In this document: positions 1 to 12,128 of the stretch, piece after piece
How the letters are laid out: each line of letters starts with the position of its first letter
How positions within the stretch are numbered: the first letter of the stretch is position 1
Assembly (NCBI GenBank): GCA_951406725.2
Contig: OX597816.1
Span: 128,712,001 to 128,776,000, forward strand
DNA: 64,000 nt
Origin: Octopus vulgaris
Lineage: Eukaryota
Direction of reading: 5' to 3'
Notes under the pieces: model-generated
What the model was told of the DNA's origin: nothing
Seen by the model: only the letters and a program-made list of their open reading frames with translations
Databases searched by the model: none
Program-made: the position numbers and the translations under genes

Positions 1-464
1 CTTAATTTGCCACTTTTCTATACAGAAACTGAGAAGATATCTTGCAGAACAGTTGTTACTTTAAAGAGATATATCTTGTAATCATCTGAAGAGACACATC
101 TACACCAACAGATACTCTTAAATCAGTTGTTAAGTATCCCACCTATCAAGGATCAATACTAGATGGATCAAAATAATTGTAGTGATTAAAAAACATCCTC
201 AGATCTTCCATCTTTCATCTCTGTCATTAATCAAATACCCAACTAATAATGAAAGTAAATGTGCTTTACTGGTAAGCTACCGGGTGTATACCATACAATT
301 TCAAATCCACAGAAGGATCCCTGGAGATAGTTAGTGAGATGATCTAATTAGAGATGGAAGCAAATATACTGAAAATATACTTGCTAGAGTAAGAACAGGC
401 TGAAGAAATTTTAGAGGGGTTTTACTTCTACTGGTAACAAAAAAGTAGCAAGAAATTAGAGAAA

Positions 465-873
465 AAAGGTAGATTGTATGTTGTTTGTGTATCAACAGCA
501 TTGCTACATGATAGTGAGATGTAATCCCTGAACACAGGGGAATGAAGACTAGAAAGATATGAAGCTAGCCTGTTCCAGTGGATGTGCAGCATCAGAGTAC
601 ATGAATGAAAAAGTACAAATACTTTGAGAGAAAAATTTGCAACAAGTGGAATCAGATTTAGTGAGCAAGACAGAAGACTATGCTGGTATGATGCATATGG
701 ATGATGACAGCTATATAATAAAGTGTCGATCACTTAATGTGGATGAAGTTTGTGGAGAGAGGAGACCCAAATAGACATAACTCGAAATGGTGAAGGCTGA
801 TCTCAGGACTTTCAGCCTCACAGAGATGATAAAGGATTGAGATGGTTGGCATCATGCAGTGCTCAACAAGACC
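465..873 (+). mobile_element. RTE-clade LINE, degraded ORF2 C-terminus
   Basis: Manual translation through stops: KGRLYVVCVSTALLHDSEM*...RLERYEASLFQWMC...LREK...RRLCWY...ERRPK*T*LEMVKADLR...DGWHHAV, matching the RTE C-terminal pattern (LYGSETW...RRLRWYGHV...GRPRKTW...W). Followed by a CT-rich probable 3' UTR to ~1745. Confidence 0.8.
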
Positions 874-1772
874 TATCATCTCGAAGGAACTGAAGCTTTG
901 GAAACATAATTTATAAATAGAACACTGAGTCCCTTATCCAATTTGCTTGTCATGCCCTCCCAACCACCCCCACATTTCTCCATCCCATACTCACTTAACT
1001 ACTGCAGTATTCTACTGTTGTAATTAAATGAAAGCAGAACTATATATTTCATCATCATTTTCCATGTTACTACACTAACTCACTTCACTTGGCATCCATC
1101 CTTCATTCATAACATTGTCCCTCTCCAATCACATTTTATATTGATCACCCTTCTGAACCACCAATTATCTCTATCACTGCCTTGAACAACTTTCTGTTAA
1201 CTCTCCCCTATCACCCATGTTTCTTACCCTACCAACACACCAATTCTCTCTTACCTCACACATTCTTGCAACGTAGTCACCCACACATCATCTCCCTTTT
1301 TTTCATCTTTCTCCCATCCACTATATCATTGCTATTTTGCTTCTTTTCACCCATGTCTTTACTGCCAGTCATCACCTACTTTCTCCAACCCATACTTATC
1401 ATCAACCTTTCTCCATTCTTGTTCAACATTAATTATATTGACTCCCACCCCAACCCTATTTCTCTTTCTCCCTATACACTCATGCAGCAACTTTCAACCT
1501 ACCACTCCTGATCTCTGCCCATCATCAGCATCTTTATCTCTCTGCCCAGCTCTACCTTAATTAATTGCAACCATTCTTAGATAATGCAAGGCAATCATGT
1601 ATCTGTTCTGGCCACTTCTTTCAGACTTTGAAATCTCAAAACCAAGCATAAAAATTCTTCTTTCTCTACTATGCTCTCATTCAGTCAAGGGTGATCTAAG
1701 TCTTCCAAGCTATATAGTGATCTTACTTGTGCAGGTGCTATGAAATAATCGTCAATTATTGAAGATATATAC

Positions 1773-1807
<35 letters not shown>

Positions 1808-1810
<3 letters not shown>

Positions 1811-2033
1811 AGATGTCCACAGAGTTCTCAAAGGTCAGGAAAAAAGAGCACACACACTCATATATTAGATAATAAAGTGGATGTATTATTTATACAGAAT
1901 TATAAATTTAGTCTCATGACAGCCAATTTGTGTTACTGAACAGTTATGTTGGTAGAATTTTTTTTGTACAAAACTGTTTGGCAACACAAATTGGCTGTTA
2001 TGAGAGTAAATTTATAATATTGTATAAATAATA
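1808..2033. mobile_element. Fold-back (inverted repeat) mini-element between (GT)n and (TA)n
   Basis: Arms 1884-1949 and 1968-2033 are imperfect reverse complements; the left copy extends unpaired to ~1808. Confidence 0.8.
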
Positions 2034-2046
2034 ATAATTATAATGA

Positions 2047-2102
<56 letters not shown>

Positions 2103-2207
2103 CATACACACACATATATTCATATGTTTGCATGCATACACAAACACACACACATACACACAACACACATACATGTATATATAAATATACAAACAGATAG
2201 ATAGATT

Positions 2208-2257
<50 letters not shown>

Positions 2258-2259
2258 GT

Positions 2260-2718
2260 GTTAACTTGTTGGCAAATATTCTGTTTCTTACACGCCTGAA
2301 TAAACCCTTTGTAATTGATGTCCTTCCTGAATTTCTCTACGGTTTCTATTCTGGCAGGGAAACAATGGATATGATTTTCACAGCAAGTCATATGCAGAAG
2401 AAGTGCCATGAGCAAAACAGGGATCTCGTCCAGGTTCTCATTGATCTCTCAAAACCTTTCAATACTGTAAATAGGGCATCTCTTTTAAAAATACTTTGTA
2501 AACTAGGCTGTATAAATCAATTTGTATCTATAATTAAATAGTAGCAAGCATGGCTCAGTGGTTAGGAAGTTATTTCTCAACCATGGCGTCTCAGGTTCAG
2601 TCTCACTATATGGCACTTTAAGACAAGTAGAAATTTCTTCGATGGAAACTGAAAAAAGCCAGTCACATGTATATGTGTGTGTGTGTGTGTGTATGTGTGT
2701 GTATGTGTATGTTGTGTA

Positions 2719-2812
<94 letters not shown>

Positions 2813-3483
2813 CTTGTTTTGAGTTCATGAACATCAGCATCAGACAAGCTATGCTGCTCATTTCCAGTCTTCTATGGAAAACATGCCTGGGTCATGGAAA
2901 ATATTACCTTGCTTGGAAACAGATGAGAGTTGGCAACAGGAAGTGCATCCAGCCATAAAGAAATCTACATCTACAAATTTTTTCAAAAACATTCAAGCAT
3001 GAAAAAGTGGATGATGATGATGATGATGATGACAAATTATACTACTCCATGATGAAATGGAAACAGGTGGTAATGTAAGCAGAAACATGGTAGAATTCAT
3101 ACCTGTAGAAAATGGGAGTCAAACAGGGTGACATTCTCTTCCCTTTGTACTGTATTGTTGTTCTTGTTTATGCTTTTACCATCAAAAGCTCTTCAGAGAC
3201 ATATATATGTAAGACACCAATCCTTCAGTTATATCTTTTCTAATCACTATGTTTTGTTACAATTGCAGAAGTCTTTCAACATCCTTATTCACAGTTTTCT
3301 AAAAGCAGATGTGTGCAACTTAGTTTTGTATGGGACTGAAGACATATAAATTTCAATGGATAGTATTTCTGCAGTTTATAAGGTGTTGGGGCTTACTAAT
3401 AACCAGGAAACTCATACATGAAATTATCTTACATGAAGAAAGCAAAGTGAAAGTAGTAAACAAGTTTGTTCATCCAAACAGCA
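2260..3483 (+). mobile_element. RTE-type LINE reverse transcriptase fragment, interrupted by a SINE at ~2543-3033
   Basis: ORF 2266-2541 (LPEFLYGF..GRETMDMIF...LIDLSKPFNTVNR) continues after the SINE as LLHDEM...ENGVKQGDIL, ADVCNLV (decayed YADD), LGLT, VVNKFVHPNSI. Confidence 0.85.
2543..3033 (+). mobile_element. tRNA-headed SINE with internal (GT)n/(CT)n and RTE-like (GAT)n tail
   Basis: A-box-like tggctcagtggttagg, B-box-like ggttcagtctc, family-A body, tail ggcaacaggaagtgcatccagcc...gatgatgat. Confidence 0.75.
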
Positions 3484-5116
3484 TACAAGGTCGTATCAAA
3501 AAGTTCCAGAAATAACTTACGTACCAAAGCTTTAACATTATTTCCTTCAAAACAGTCACCTTGCACAGGAATACACCAGTCCCAGCGTTCCTGCCACTTT
3601 TGAAATCCAACCTGGAAGTCATTTTCTGTAAGTGAGTTGAGGACCTTCTGCAATTCACTCTGAATCTCAACAACAGCGACCTTTGTGCTGCATTTTCATT
3701 TTGGGGAAGAGATGGAAAGTCTGCAGGTGCTAAATCTGGGGAACAGAGCAGGCGCAGAAGCAACACCATGTTGTTTTTAGTGAGAAACTCATGAATGAAC
3801 AGAGTTCAGTGATAGGGTGCATTTTATACCACCTCGAATTCCGCTGTTCTAACTCTTTACCGGGTAAAATATTTTTAATGTTTCACTAAGTGACTGACCC
3901 TTGTAGAGCTTCTGAGCTTCATGTCTGAACCTACTATGGCATCATGAGTTTGACAAAAGCTGCTGTGTATTATGTGTATGTATTTACTTCCCTGCTCCAC
4001 TTATGTGAGACATGGGCTCTTGAATGCCCCTAAGTGACAGGGATGTAAACATACCCACACTGGTTATCAAGTTGTAGAGGGAGACAAACACAGACACTAA
4101 GACATGCACAGGTGTAAGCTCGTTTAAGGGATAACATCCAGGTACTTTGGTTGCCTCGTTCATCCTTGGGAAGGTCTGAGACAAAGGCTGTATTAATAAC
4201 GTCCCAGCCAGACGTCCCTGTGAGAGGGGAGTGGTTCACCAGACACAACGGTTTCCTCATGCTAACATGTTTAATCGTCAAATGACAGCCACGTTGTGGT
4301 TGGATGACCTCTGTGTTAGCTTGTTGGTTGAAAGTGGTCCATGGCCAGCGCGTAGAGCAGCTTGATAAACGAGGTGGGTGCAGAGTTCGATTCTTCGTTC
4401 CAGTCCCATAACTCAATTCAGACTATTCTTCATCTGAGCCCTGTTTTAAAAAATGGTGGTGCCCCAGCATGGCCACAGCTCATTAGCTGAAACTGGAAAA
4501 ATCAAATATCAATAGATATATATATGATGGACATCATGCCATTTCCACCTGATAAATCCACTCATAAGGTCAGCCTGAGGCTATAGTAGAAGACACTTAC
4601 CCAAGATACCATGCAGTGGGACTGAATGTGGAACAGTGTGGTGGGGAAGCAAATTTCTTACCACACATCCAAACTTGAGTCTATATATATATATATTCGT
4701 TGGCGTTAAGAAGGGCATCCAGCCGTAGAAACATTGCCAGATCAAACTGGGCCTGGTGCAGCCTTCTGGCTTCCCAGACCCCAGTTGAACTGTTCAATCC
4801 ATGCTAGCATGGAAAGCGGATGCTAAACGATGATGATGATGATGAGGATATATATATATATATATACATGTATACTGTCTTGGTAACATCTGAACCACTC
4901 ATACACTTGAGTGCAGCTCGTACATTCCTCTCCATACACTTTCTGCAACTTTGTGTAGGCCTCTGAGCAGGTATCAGCAAGCCAACTTTCTCTTTCATGG
5001 ACAATGTGATGATCACAGCAACGTTCAAAGTCAATTATTGCCCAGTGGCTTCACTCTGCATGCTTTAGCTATGTTACTAAGGCAACAGTCCGGATACTTA
5101 TTGATCAGACCTCGTA
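3484..5116 (-). mobile_element. Mariner transposon remnant, internally deleted and filled with SINEs
   Basis: Related TA-bounded termini tacaaggtcgtatcaaaaagttcc (3484) and revcomp tacgaggtctgatcaataagtatcc (5116). Minus-strand C-terminus NAPYH...SPDLAPADF...FQKWQERWDWCI..QGDCFE (3540-3825) and N-terminal HTH TYTKLQKVYGEECTSCTQVYEWF (4875-4960). Confidence 0.85.
4698..4845 (+). mobile_element. RTE-LINE/SINE shared 3' tail (family D)
   Basis: ttggcgttaagaagggcatccagccgtagaaac...gcatggaaagcggatgctaaacgatgatgat. Related copies at ~7682-7815(-), 10535-10710(-), 11355-11520(+), 13465-13645(+), 37970-38140(-), 40400-40670(+), 45630-45860(+), 62177-62360(-). Confidence 0.85.
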
Positions 5117-5169
5117 GAGTAATTAATTGGGTAAAAACACATGACTTATATTACCTATGTGTGTGTGTG

Positions 5170-5230
<61 letters not shown>

Positions 5231-5874
5231 TGGATATTTAGATATGGATATTTTATAAATTGGTTGAGATTGTCTGCTAATGATTGCTTGGAATTTTGAA
5301 TCATGAAATTTCATATCATCATGTATTATCACTAACAAAGTTGTTGAGGTTGATAATGAAAGCACCAATTCAAGATGGTAGATTGGTGAAGTTTCCAGAG
5401 CTTTGGACAAGATGCCTTACAGAATTTATTTTGGTTCTCTGCTTCTGAGTTAAGAATTCCACCTAGGACTTCAATTCCAGTCAATGGCCATGGCTACTGA
5501 TCTAACCATAAGATTACAATCGATTATGAAAATAGCAATCAATAGAGGGGAAGTTGTGGCTCTCTGTTTCAGTAGCTAAACAACGATGATGAGGATGGTA
5601 AGGACAACAGCAATGTTGACCATGATGTTGATGATGTTGTTGAGGATGATGATGATATTGTTGATAAACATAAGGAAAAGTAATTAATAATGGTGTATGA
5701 AGTATATATTATTGTTAATTATGTAAATTACAGTGTATATGGTCAATACTCTGACCGTCCTGTAACTATAACCAGATGATGAGTGCTATCAGACCTGCTC
5801 TTTTATCAGGAAATTGAGGATAATGATATGGTATAATGACTGTGGCATAAATTATAATAAATAATAATAATGAT

Positions 5875-6080
5875 TTCGAAGTTTGGCTCAAGGTCAGCAG
5901 TTTTAGGGATGGAGGAAAGTTGATTGCATCAACTTCAGTGTTCAACTGGTATTTATTTTATCAATGTCATAAAGATGAAAGGCAAAAGTTGAACTTGGCA
6001 GAATTTGAACTCAGAATGGTAGATGAAATGCCAATAAGCATGAAATGCCTCACAAGCTAATGATTCTGCCAACTCACCAA
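5875..6080 (-). mobile_element. SINE family B (degraded)
   Basis: Contains gatgaaaggcaaaagttgaacttggcagaatttgaactcagaa...ttctgccaactcacc, the reverse complement of the 61208-61433 copy. Confidence 0.8.
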
Positions 6081-6142
6081 CTTATAATGAATAATAATAA
6101 TATAACATCCATTAATCTATCTATCTATCTATCTATCTATCC

Positions 6143-6169
<27 letters not shown>

Positions 6170-6175
<6 letters not shown>

Positions 6176-6430
6176 GGTTCGGGGGGTGATGTACAGATAT
6201 TATATATTAGAAAAAAATAAGGTATTCAGAGATCTGGATGGTTGTACATATACAAATATTTATTAACATGTCATATGTTTTTAGAAATCACGTATTTTCA
6301 TCTACTCTAATAGAATTTATTAGAGTAGATGAAAATATGTGATTTGTAAAAACATATGACATGTTAATAAATATTTGTATATGTACAACCATCCAGATCT
6401 CTGAATACCTTATTTTTTCCAATATGTATA
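6170..6430. mobile_element. Near-perfect palindromic mini-element inside (TA)n
   Basis: 6212-6312 vs 6318-6418 are reverse complements with 2 mismatches by eye; 5-nt spacer gaatt. Confidence 0.92.
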
Positions 6431-6436
6431 TATATA

Positions 6437-6480
<44 letters not shown>

Positions 6481-6484
6481 ATAT

Positions 6485-6690
6485 CTTTTATTCTTTTATC
6501 TGTTTCAGTCATTTGATTGTGGTCATGCTGGAGCTCCACTTTTTGTTGAAGAAATCAACCCCGAGACCTATTCTTTGTAAGCCTAGTACTTATTCGATCG
6601 GTTTCTTTAGTGAAATTGCTGAGTTACAGGTATGTAAACACACCAATATCAGTTGTTAAGTGATGGTGGGGTAACAAACACAGACACACA
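6485..6690 (-). mobile_element. SINE family A, 3' half
   Basis: tgtttcagtcatttgattgtggtcatgctggagc...aagcctagtacttattc...acaaacacagacac; reverse complement of 42200-42396. Confidence 0.85.
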
Positions 6691-6724
6691 TATATACATA
6701 GATACACACACGCACACACACACA

Positions 6725-6770
<46 letters not shown>

Positions 6771-6933
6771 ATATAGGTGTATAAAGGTTGAATGTGGATT
6801 CATTCTTTAATTTCGAGGTTTCCAAAAAAGATTTCTAATGTTGATTCTTCATACTTTGCTGGGAGTTTACAGGTGTAAATTTGTGAAGACATGAAAGTAG
6901 TACTTGTATATAATATATGAGGATTTGTGGAAT

Positions 6934-7422
6934 GACAAGTTGTTAAATATATAAGGAGTTTAATTCTTGCAGATGATCAATTTGTACAGAGATATAATAA
7001 TAATAATGTAAAATTCATGATTAAATTAAATTAAATTAATTACCTTAATTATATATCAGCATACTCTTCAGTGCAGGAAGTAAAAACCATAATGCAAAGA
7101 ACTTGAGAAGGAATATAGCAGAAAAATTGAAGGTAGGAGATCTGTGTGAGAAAGAGATGGGTGTCATGTCAGCTGAGTTACATCTTTTTCTCATGGATTA
7201 AAATATGAATCTCCTAGTTTCAATTTTTCTGCAATATTCCTTCTCAAATTCTTAGCATTATGGTTTTTACTTCCTGCACTGAAGAGTACTCTGATATGTA
7301 ATTAATGTAATTAATGTAATTAATTTAATTTGATTTAGTCATGAATGTACATTATTATTATATCTCTGTACAAAATGATCATCTGCAAGAATTAAACTTC
7401 TTATATATTTTAACAACTTGTC
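6934..7422. repeat. Long inverted repeat (~225-240 bp arms) with a hammerhead-like motif in each arm
   Basis: gacaagttgttaaatatataagg...gagaaagagatg (6934-7159) vs catctttttctc...ttatatattttaacaacttgtc (7181-7422). Confidence 0.9.
7271..7391 (+). ncRNA. Degenerate type-I hammerhead ribozyme with long AU-rich helix II
   Basis: UUCCUGCA-CUGAAGA-GUAC...GUAC-AAAA(for GAAA)-UGAUC-AUC-UGCAAGAA. Helix I 7/8 bp, palindromic helix III AUGAUCAU, AUC triplet. Confidence 0.6.
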
Positions 7423-8048
7423 TCCTCCATTTTTAACTATTTGTCTATTCCTTATGCAGAGTATGACCAACTCTTGGACTTACACCTTAGATCTATCATG
7501 GCATCTGATGTGGAACCCACATAAATTGCATATCTGATTTGAACCACCAATAGCTACATTTAAGTTCTGATCTTTGGGAATCTTAAAATATATTTTTGAG
7601 ACCTCCATTATATTAGCAGACCTTATGGCATACACAGAAAGGTGTGCACAGATATATAGACACATTACTCATTTATATATATCATCATCATCATTTAACA
7701 TCTGTTTTTCATATTAGCATGGGTTGGATGGTTTTGACTGAGGGCTGGCAACCAGATGGCTGCACCAGGCTCTAGTCTTGATCTGGCAGAGTTTCTACAG
7801 CTGGATGCCCTTCCTATATATAATATATGAGTGAGTTATATTCCGAGTTCAAATTCCAGCGAGGTCGACTTTGCCTTTCATTCTTTCAGGGTCAATAAAT
7901 TAAGTACCTCCTCCCCCAAAATTTCAAGCCTTGTGCTGAGAGGTAGAAACAGATGTCCATAGCTGACCTCTCATTTCCTGACAATCTTATTGTCTTTTTT
8001 TCAGCAGCATTTATAATATATTATTCTAAACAGTGTGATTTGGATTTT

Positions 8049-8099
8049 GTGCTACTTCAAGTTTCATAGGTTCCTAACAGACCCTGTCTCCTCAGGCTC
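8049..8099 (-). ncRNA. Minimal type-I hammerhead ribozyme, canonical core
   Basis: Minus strand: GAGC-CUGAGGA-G-ACAGGGUCU-GUUA-GGAACCUAU-GAAA-CUU-G-AAG-UA-GCAC. Helix II 7/9 bp, helix III ACUU/AAGU, GUA triplet, helix I 3/4 bp. Confidence 0.7.
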
Positions 8100-8172
8100 T
8101 TTGAATAAGTGATCCCCTCACTCAAATATATATATATACACACACACCACATAAATAAATAAATATATGTAC

Positions 8173-8203
<31 letters not shown>

Positions 8204-10039
8204 CCAACACATGCACTGACACATTCTATATATACATAACAACATCAGCTAAGCTCCAGTTGACTAAATTACAATTAATTCTAGAACAAATTCATTGTAG
8301 CTTACAATAAAAAATACATTTAAAATATCAAAAAACTTGCTTTGGGAAATTTTACATGTAAACTATAAAGGCAACGAGTTTAATTTTGTAAAAATAAACA
8401 AACCGCATCTAAAACATTGGAATAGCATTATAATAACAGGACTAAAGCCATATTGAAATAAAAGTAATGTTAAAAGTGTACAGGAAATTTCAGCATCATA
8501 AGTTTAATCCATAAAATAACAAGACTTCTTACTGGAAGCCTAATCAAGGAACTATCTGAACTATACATTCCATAAGCTTCTGAAGTAAGGATGGCTTTGA
8601 GCCATGTAACTAAAAATGTGATGATAAAATAGACAAATAAAAAACGTGCTCTGAAAATTCAATTATAAAAAAAAGACATTTTTTGATCATGCTTTCTTCA
8701 AAACATGATGTCTTGGATCATCAAATGCTGTATGTATAGAAAATGGTTTAATTAATAGAAAATTGTTTTTTTTATTTTTACATATTAGTATATTTCATTT
8801 AGTTTTTATTTTGTTTTATGCATTTATTGTTTTTCAAGTCTTAAATGATTACTACATTGATAATTACATACCTAGAATCTGTAAGAACAACTTTTAATTT
8901 TGAGGGGCTTTTTATTTTTGTTTTTTGATTTTTAATGTTACCTACATAGCTACAGTAAATATGAATGTCAAGTGATATAATCTTGGTTATATCATGATAA
9001 ACTGACGAATTCTTTTGTTTAAGATATCGGTGAAAATGAAAGCCTATATAGTTTCGTTGCATAAAGTTAACATTAAGTACTTCAATAAAAAAAATTAAAA
9101 ACACTCTCTTAATTGTAATATTATGAAACTGGAATGGTCTTTTGGAACATTATTAGTTTGGATTTCTGATACAATATCCAATTAGAGTCACATGAAGCAG
9201 CAGTTTTGATTTTTGATGTCTTTATCATAATCATATATGAGAATTATTAAATCTTTCCACACAAGATTAGTTTTTAGATGAAAGCTGGAAGTGTAAGATA
9301 GAGAAGTAGATAGACTCATTACAACAGAGTAAAAACAAAAACACCCATAAAACTGATGGAGCAAATAGACTCACTGATTAAAGTTAACATTCAGGTTTAG
9401 GAAAAGGATATAAAATATAAATATGTGCATGTTGCTGCTGTAGTTTTTATTGTTGTTGTTGCTGTTGCCATTTTTATTATTGTTTCATTTTAGCAAGTAA
9501 CAATTTTTCCCTGGCAGGTTGAATATGTTTGCAAATATGAATGCTTCCACAGGTGTTTTGAGCTGATCTGGTGCTGTGCAACAATTGACAACTACAAAAT
9601 TTGCTTTTTACAGTAATAATTTATTCCTAAGATGTTCTTGTTCATTTGAACAATGATATTCTCAAACCAAATAAAGTAATTGTTTCTTCAAGAAGAATTA
9701 ATATGCTTCTTGAAGTAACAATCTGTGTATTTTCCCTGTGTATTACAGTTGTGGAACAGGTATCACATCCTTGTATTTCACAATAGGTGTCTACAAAAGG
9801 TTTGCACCAGCAAAGGCATCTGAGTACAAAACACTGCTATAAAAACATCAGCATGGAGGACAAACATTAAATGAAGATGATTAAAATATGCAAACATGGA
9901 AAAAGCTGATGTTAAACAATAATGATAATGATGATGATGCTGATGATGATGATGGCAATGCAAATGCTGATGCTAAAACAGTGGCTACAGCAGTGACAAA
10001 GGAAGTAGCAGAAGTGAAGGGGATGAGGAGGACAGAGAA

Positions 10040-10380
10040 GAGGATGAGAAAGGAAGGAGAAGGGAAACTAAGAAGAAAGACGAGGAAAGATTAGGGTGAG
10101 AGTTAAGAGAAAGAGGAAAGGGATGCAGATAAAGAGGAGAGAAAGGAGGGAGATGTGAATGAGGAGGTGGTGGTGGTGGTGGAAGTGGAGGGTCGTGGAA
10201 GAGGAGGAGGAGGTGGTGGAGGAAGAGGGGGAATGGTGGTGGAAGAGGGGGAGGTGGTGGAGGAAGAGGAGGTGGTGGTGGAGATGATGGAGGAAGAGGA
10301 GGAGATGGTGGAGGAAGAGGAGGAGATGATGGAGGAAGAAGAGGAGATGGTGGAGGAAGAGGAAGAGGTGGTGGAGGAAG
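10040..10380. repeat. Purine-rich (GAG/GTG/GAA) low-complexity tract with ~21-bp period
   Basis: Repeated gaggaagaggaggagatggtg units at ~10260-10380. Confidence 0.9.
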
Positions 10381-10699
10381 ATGTATATAATTTTCTAGAT
10401 ATTTTACTAAATATCACAATCCTCGTTGAATGTCATCATCAATATTGTTCTTAATCACTTTCCCATACTTGCATACCTTTCTTGTTGCTACCACTCACCT
10501 ATTTCCAAGTAAGATAGAATTCCCTATGGTCAGACATCAACATCATCATCATTTAATGTCTGTTATCCAAACTGGCATGGGTTGGACGGTTCGACCAGAG
10601 TTGGCAAGCTGGGGAGCTGCGCCAGACTCCAGTCTGATTTGGTATGGTTTCTACAGCTGGATACACTTCCTAATGCCAACCACTTTACAGAGTGTACTG

Positions 10700-10860
10700 G
10701 ATGCTTTGAGATGGCACCACACAGGCACTTTTATGTGTGCTTTTCTGAGGTACCATACAGGTACTTTTACATGGTGTCACATGGGCACTTTTACGTGACA
10801 CCACACAGGCGCTGTAATGGTGCTTTCCTGTGGTATTGCACGTACACTTTTATGTGGCCT
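10700..10860. repeat. Degenerate ~23-bp tandem repeat adjoining an RTE tail
   Basis: Units resembling gcacttttacgtgacaccacacag. Confidence 0.65.
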
Positions 10861-11639
10861 TAACACTTCTGCTGTGGAGTATGAGTCTTCTTGAGTACAG
10901 CAAGGTGCCTGGCATTGCAGTTCTTTGTCATATCATCTGAAAACCTTAGTATCCTGAGGTGAAGAAAATTGTAAACAGACACTGCTTGCCTGATGGTGAC
11001 ACTTGCTTACAGTTACTGTATGATGTCAAAACAAGGAGACAGAATTACACATACACACAAACACACACACATACACACACACACACACGACCCACTGTCT
11101 GTATCCTCTCTTACACACACCTTCTTGAGAGTTTACTTTAGCACCTCATCAGTACCTTTCTCTTCATCTTTTTTCGGCCATGTATCTCTTCTTTAACAAG
11201 ACAAGATACCTGTGCTTGTCTCTCTTTTATACCTTAGCTTTTCAATACCTGACATAAAGCCACCCATCTTCGTCTTTTCCTTCCACATACTTCTACCTTA
11301 TAGTGGATACGTTTTTTTCCATTCTCTTACCTCTGTTCTTTTTTGTTTTGCAACTTTCATGCCAGTAGCACATAAAAAGCATCCAATACAATATGTAGAG
11401 TAGTTGGTGTTTAGTAAAGGCATCCAGTCACAAAAACCATACCAAAAATGACACTGGAGCCTGACACAGCCCTGCAGCTCACTAAGTCCTTTAAATAATG
11501 ATGATGATGATGATGATGATATATACACACACGATGTATGATAAACTCTCCTGTCAAAGATAACATATGAGTGTTCAACTTTTGGCAAACGACCTGCACA
11601 AATGATTTGTTCATAGTAATCAAATATATGTACTGTACA

Positions 11640-11830
11640 TTAGTTCGCTCATGCCATCAAATCGACTTTGTCTGAACAGGCGCACGGTGTACAATGCATG
11701 AGGTGTCGAAGTGATAGCAGGGTAACATGAGATGAAGTGTTCTACTCAAGAACACAATGCACCACCTGGTCTAGAAATTGAAACCATAATCTCACAATTG
11801 TGAGTACAACATCCTAAACATAAGGCCATA
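11640..11830 (-). mobile_element. tRNA-headed SINE (family C-like head)
   Basis: Revcomp gives ggccttatgtttaggatgttgtactcacaattgtgagattatggtttcaatttctagacc...ttgtgttcttgagtagaacacttcatctca. Confidence 0.65.
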
Positions 11831-11854
11831 ATACATATATATATATATATATAA

Positions 11855-11886
<32 letters not shown>

Positions 11887-11976
11887 CACATGTGAAACAA
11901 GGTAGGAAAAATGTTCTCGAATACTGGAGGTAGAGTAATATGCTTTATTATTAAAGCTGCAAAAACTACAAAAAAT

Positions 11977-12014
11977 CTGCTACTCAGAGTTTCATGTTCC
12001 TGTTCATCAGACAG
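11977..12014 (-). ncRNA. Minimal hammerhead motif
   Basis: CUGU-CUGAUGA-ACAGGAACAU-GAAA-CUC-U-GAG-UA-GCAG; core intact, helix II decayed. Confidence 0.65.
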
Positions 12015-12056
12015 TTGTGATTCAGAAGGGAACAAGAAATACATTCTGAATTACAA

Positions 12057-12094
12057 CTGTCTGACGAACAGAGATGTGAATCTCTGAGTAGCAT
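12057..12094 (+). ncRNA. Minimal hammerhead motif (GAAA mutated to GAAU)
   Basis: CUGU-CUGACGA-ACA-GAGA-UGU-GAAU-CUC-U-GAG-UA-GCAU; 3-bp helix II with GNRA loop. Confidence 0.6.
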
Positions 12095-12128
12095 GTTTTT
12101 GTGATGTTTTTGCACCTTTAATAATAAA

